Of a stretch of DNA of 64,000 nt, positions 62,476-64,000 are shown in pieces; position 1 is the first letter of the stretch, and the number at the start of each line of letters is the position of its first letter. Both the position numbers and the translations under genes were made by a program. The notes below the pieces were generated by a model. That model was not told the origin of the DNA. It made no database searches and saw only the letters and a list, made by a program, of their open reading frames with translations. The stretch lies in assembly GCA_003427395.1 (NCBI GenBank), contig BFEA01000037.1, forward strand, positions 140,956 through 204,955. Direction: 5' to 3'. Source of the DNA: Chara braunii (Eukaryota; Plantae; Charophyceae).

Positions 62476-62581
62476 GCAGTTCGGAGGGCGCCCGTACTCG
62501 ATATTTGAAGACCACCCAACCTCGAGGAATTGCACTCGCACGGCAGTAGAATAAAAACACAAAAAGTGCAAACTACTACGT

Positions 62582-62619
62582 CTGTCTCTTATACACATCT
62601 AGATGTGTATAAGAGACAG
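62582..62619. other. Nextera mate-pair junction adapter (assembly artefact)
   Basis: Exact CTGTCTCTTATACACATCT+AGATGTGTATAAGAGACAG, with about 80 bp duplicated on each side (62502-62581, 62620-62699). Confidence 0.98.
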
Positions 62620-63943
62620 TATTTGAAGACCACCCAACCTCGAGGAATTGCACTCGCACGGCAGTAGAATAAAAACACAAAAAGTGCAAACTACTACGTC
62701 AGTCAAATTCGAAGCGATGTCCAGTGCTTCGAAAAGCTACAACCCCCTCCGTCAATCCTCAAGTCGGAAGGTCAGAAAATCTCACACAGAGCACGCAATG
62801 GACGTCGAGAATATCATATATACGGAAACAGAAGGCAGGCAAGCGTGCCTAGCTTCCGCTTCAAATGACCCTTCTATTCCGAATACCATCTCGGGAATGT
62901 GGAGAGTATCTATGAAACGCAAGGAAGGCTATCATCTCCGGAATGTGGAGAGTATCTATGAACCCCTAACTGCCCTCAATTGAGGGCGCCAAATTCCTCA
63001 CGGCACCACAGACACAGCTCACCAAAGCGCTGACGAAAACATTCGTTCGTGAAGTTCTTTGCGCGGTAAGCGAGCATTTCCAGGAAATCCAGGAAAGTGT
63101 GCTTGACGCGTCCATTAAAAATTTTCACTGAGGGCGCCGGATCACACCGATTGAATTGTATGTGTGCTTGCAGGAGAGTGAAGGTGAAAAAAGAACTTGA
63201 AAAAATGTGTCGTCGACAAAGCCATTCGCTGGAGATTGCGTAGGCCCGATCGCTATCCGGGACAAGGCTACCTTCTTCCCCCGAATACAACGTACGGTCA
63301 TTATACCTGTAATTTGGGTTATCTGACGTTGTATTCGGGGGAGGAAGGTAGCTGCGCCGGGACCTCGACCTAGACCGCGATAAGCAGTGGATAAGGGCCT
63401 CGCCACACCACTCTCGAAATTGCAATATGAGAATGAACTTTCCCCTAGAACATGGCCGGATGCACCCGCCACACTTTCGTCTATTTCATATTTCGAGAGA
63501 GATGTGCCGAGGCCCTACGTTCGCAGCCATTAGTATAGGTTGAGCCTTACCCGTAGCCCAGTTCGCAGCCCGTCAGGGTTGCGTTTGGCCCCCCTGAGAC
63601 ATTTCAACGTTCAACGTCATTTCAACTCATTTCAACGTCGTGGTCGTCGGGAGGGTGGGCATTTTGAGGTTTTGGGGCCTTGCAAGGGCCACGACCGCGT
63701 AAATAGAGGCCGAGGTCCTGAAGCCTTTTTCGAAATTGAAACGGTGCGGTGCACTTTTTTCGAATACCACAGTTTCCTCGAATAGAAAATGTACAGGTTG
63801 TATTCGAATACAACCTGTACCCTTTCTATTGTATTCGGATTTCGAAAAGAAAAACTCTTGTATTCCGATAAAATTACTTCTTCTTTTTGTTGGAGGTCAG
63901 CGCCTGCCCTCTTGCGCCCCGCCACTGACATGTTGCATGCTGC

Positions 63944-64000
<57 letters not shown>

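Noticed and set aside
62502-62700. Perfect 38-bp palindrome of Tn5 mosaic ends with flanking duplication
   Set aside because: Exact Nextera mate-pair junction adapter; a library/assembly artefact, not a transposon or horizontal transfer.
62976-63931. Short minus-strand ORFs
   Set aside because: No recognisable homology or splice structure.

Overview
Repeat-rich eukaryotic nuclear DNA from a green plant; the TE style and retained Nextera mate-pair adapter suggest a charophyte such as Chara (inference). One minus-strand host gene frames the window. Its 1.66-kb first coding exon (61379-59718) appears to splice in phase 0 to a 90-bp exon (8177-8088) across a 51,540-bp intron. That intron holds three TSD-bounded chromodomain Ty3/Gypsy elements (9396-16148 -, 27458-36399 +, 40876-54454 +; all 4-bp TSDs), further Gypsy fragments and a solo LTR, and hAT-like MITEs. 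It also holds two TTAA-specific TIR elements (one carrying an L1/Tx1-type LINE), scrambled 28S rRNA pieces, U2/U6 snRNA fragments and an STR11 rhodanese retrocopy. At the left end a fourth Gypsy (LTR, tRNA-Met PBS, broken gag) abuts three tandem, divergent paralogous ORFs of an unrecognised family on the opposite strand; this cassette is the best candidate for an undescribed system. A mitochondrial rRNA insert and an adapter artefact lie near the right end. All alignments were done by eye.
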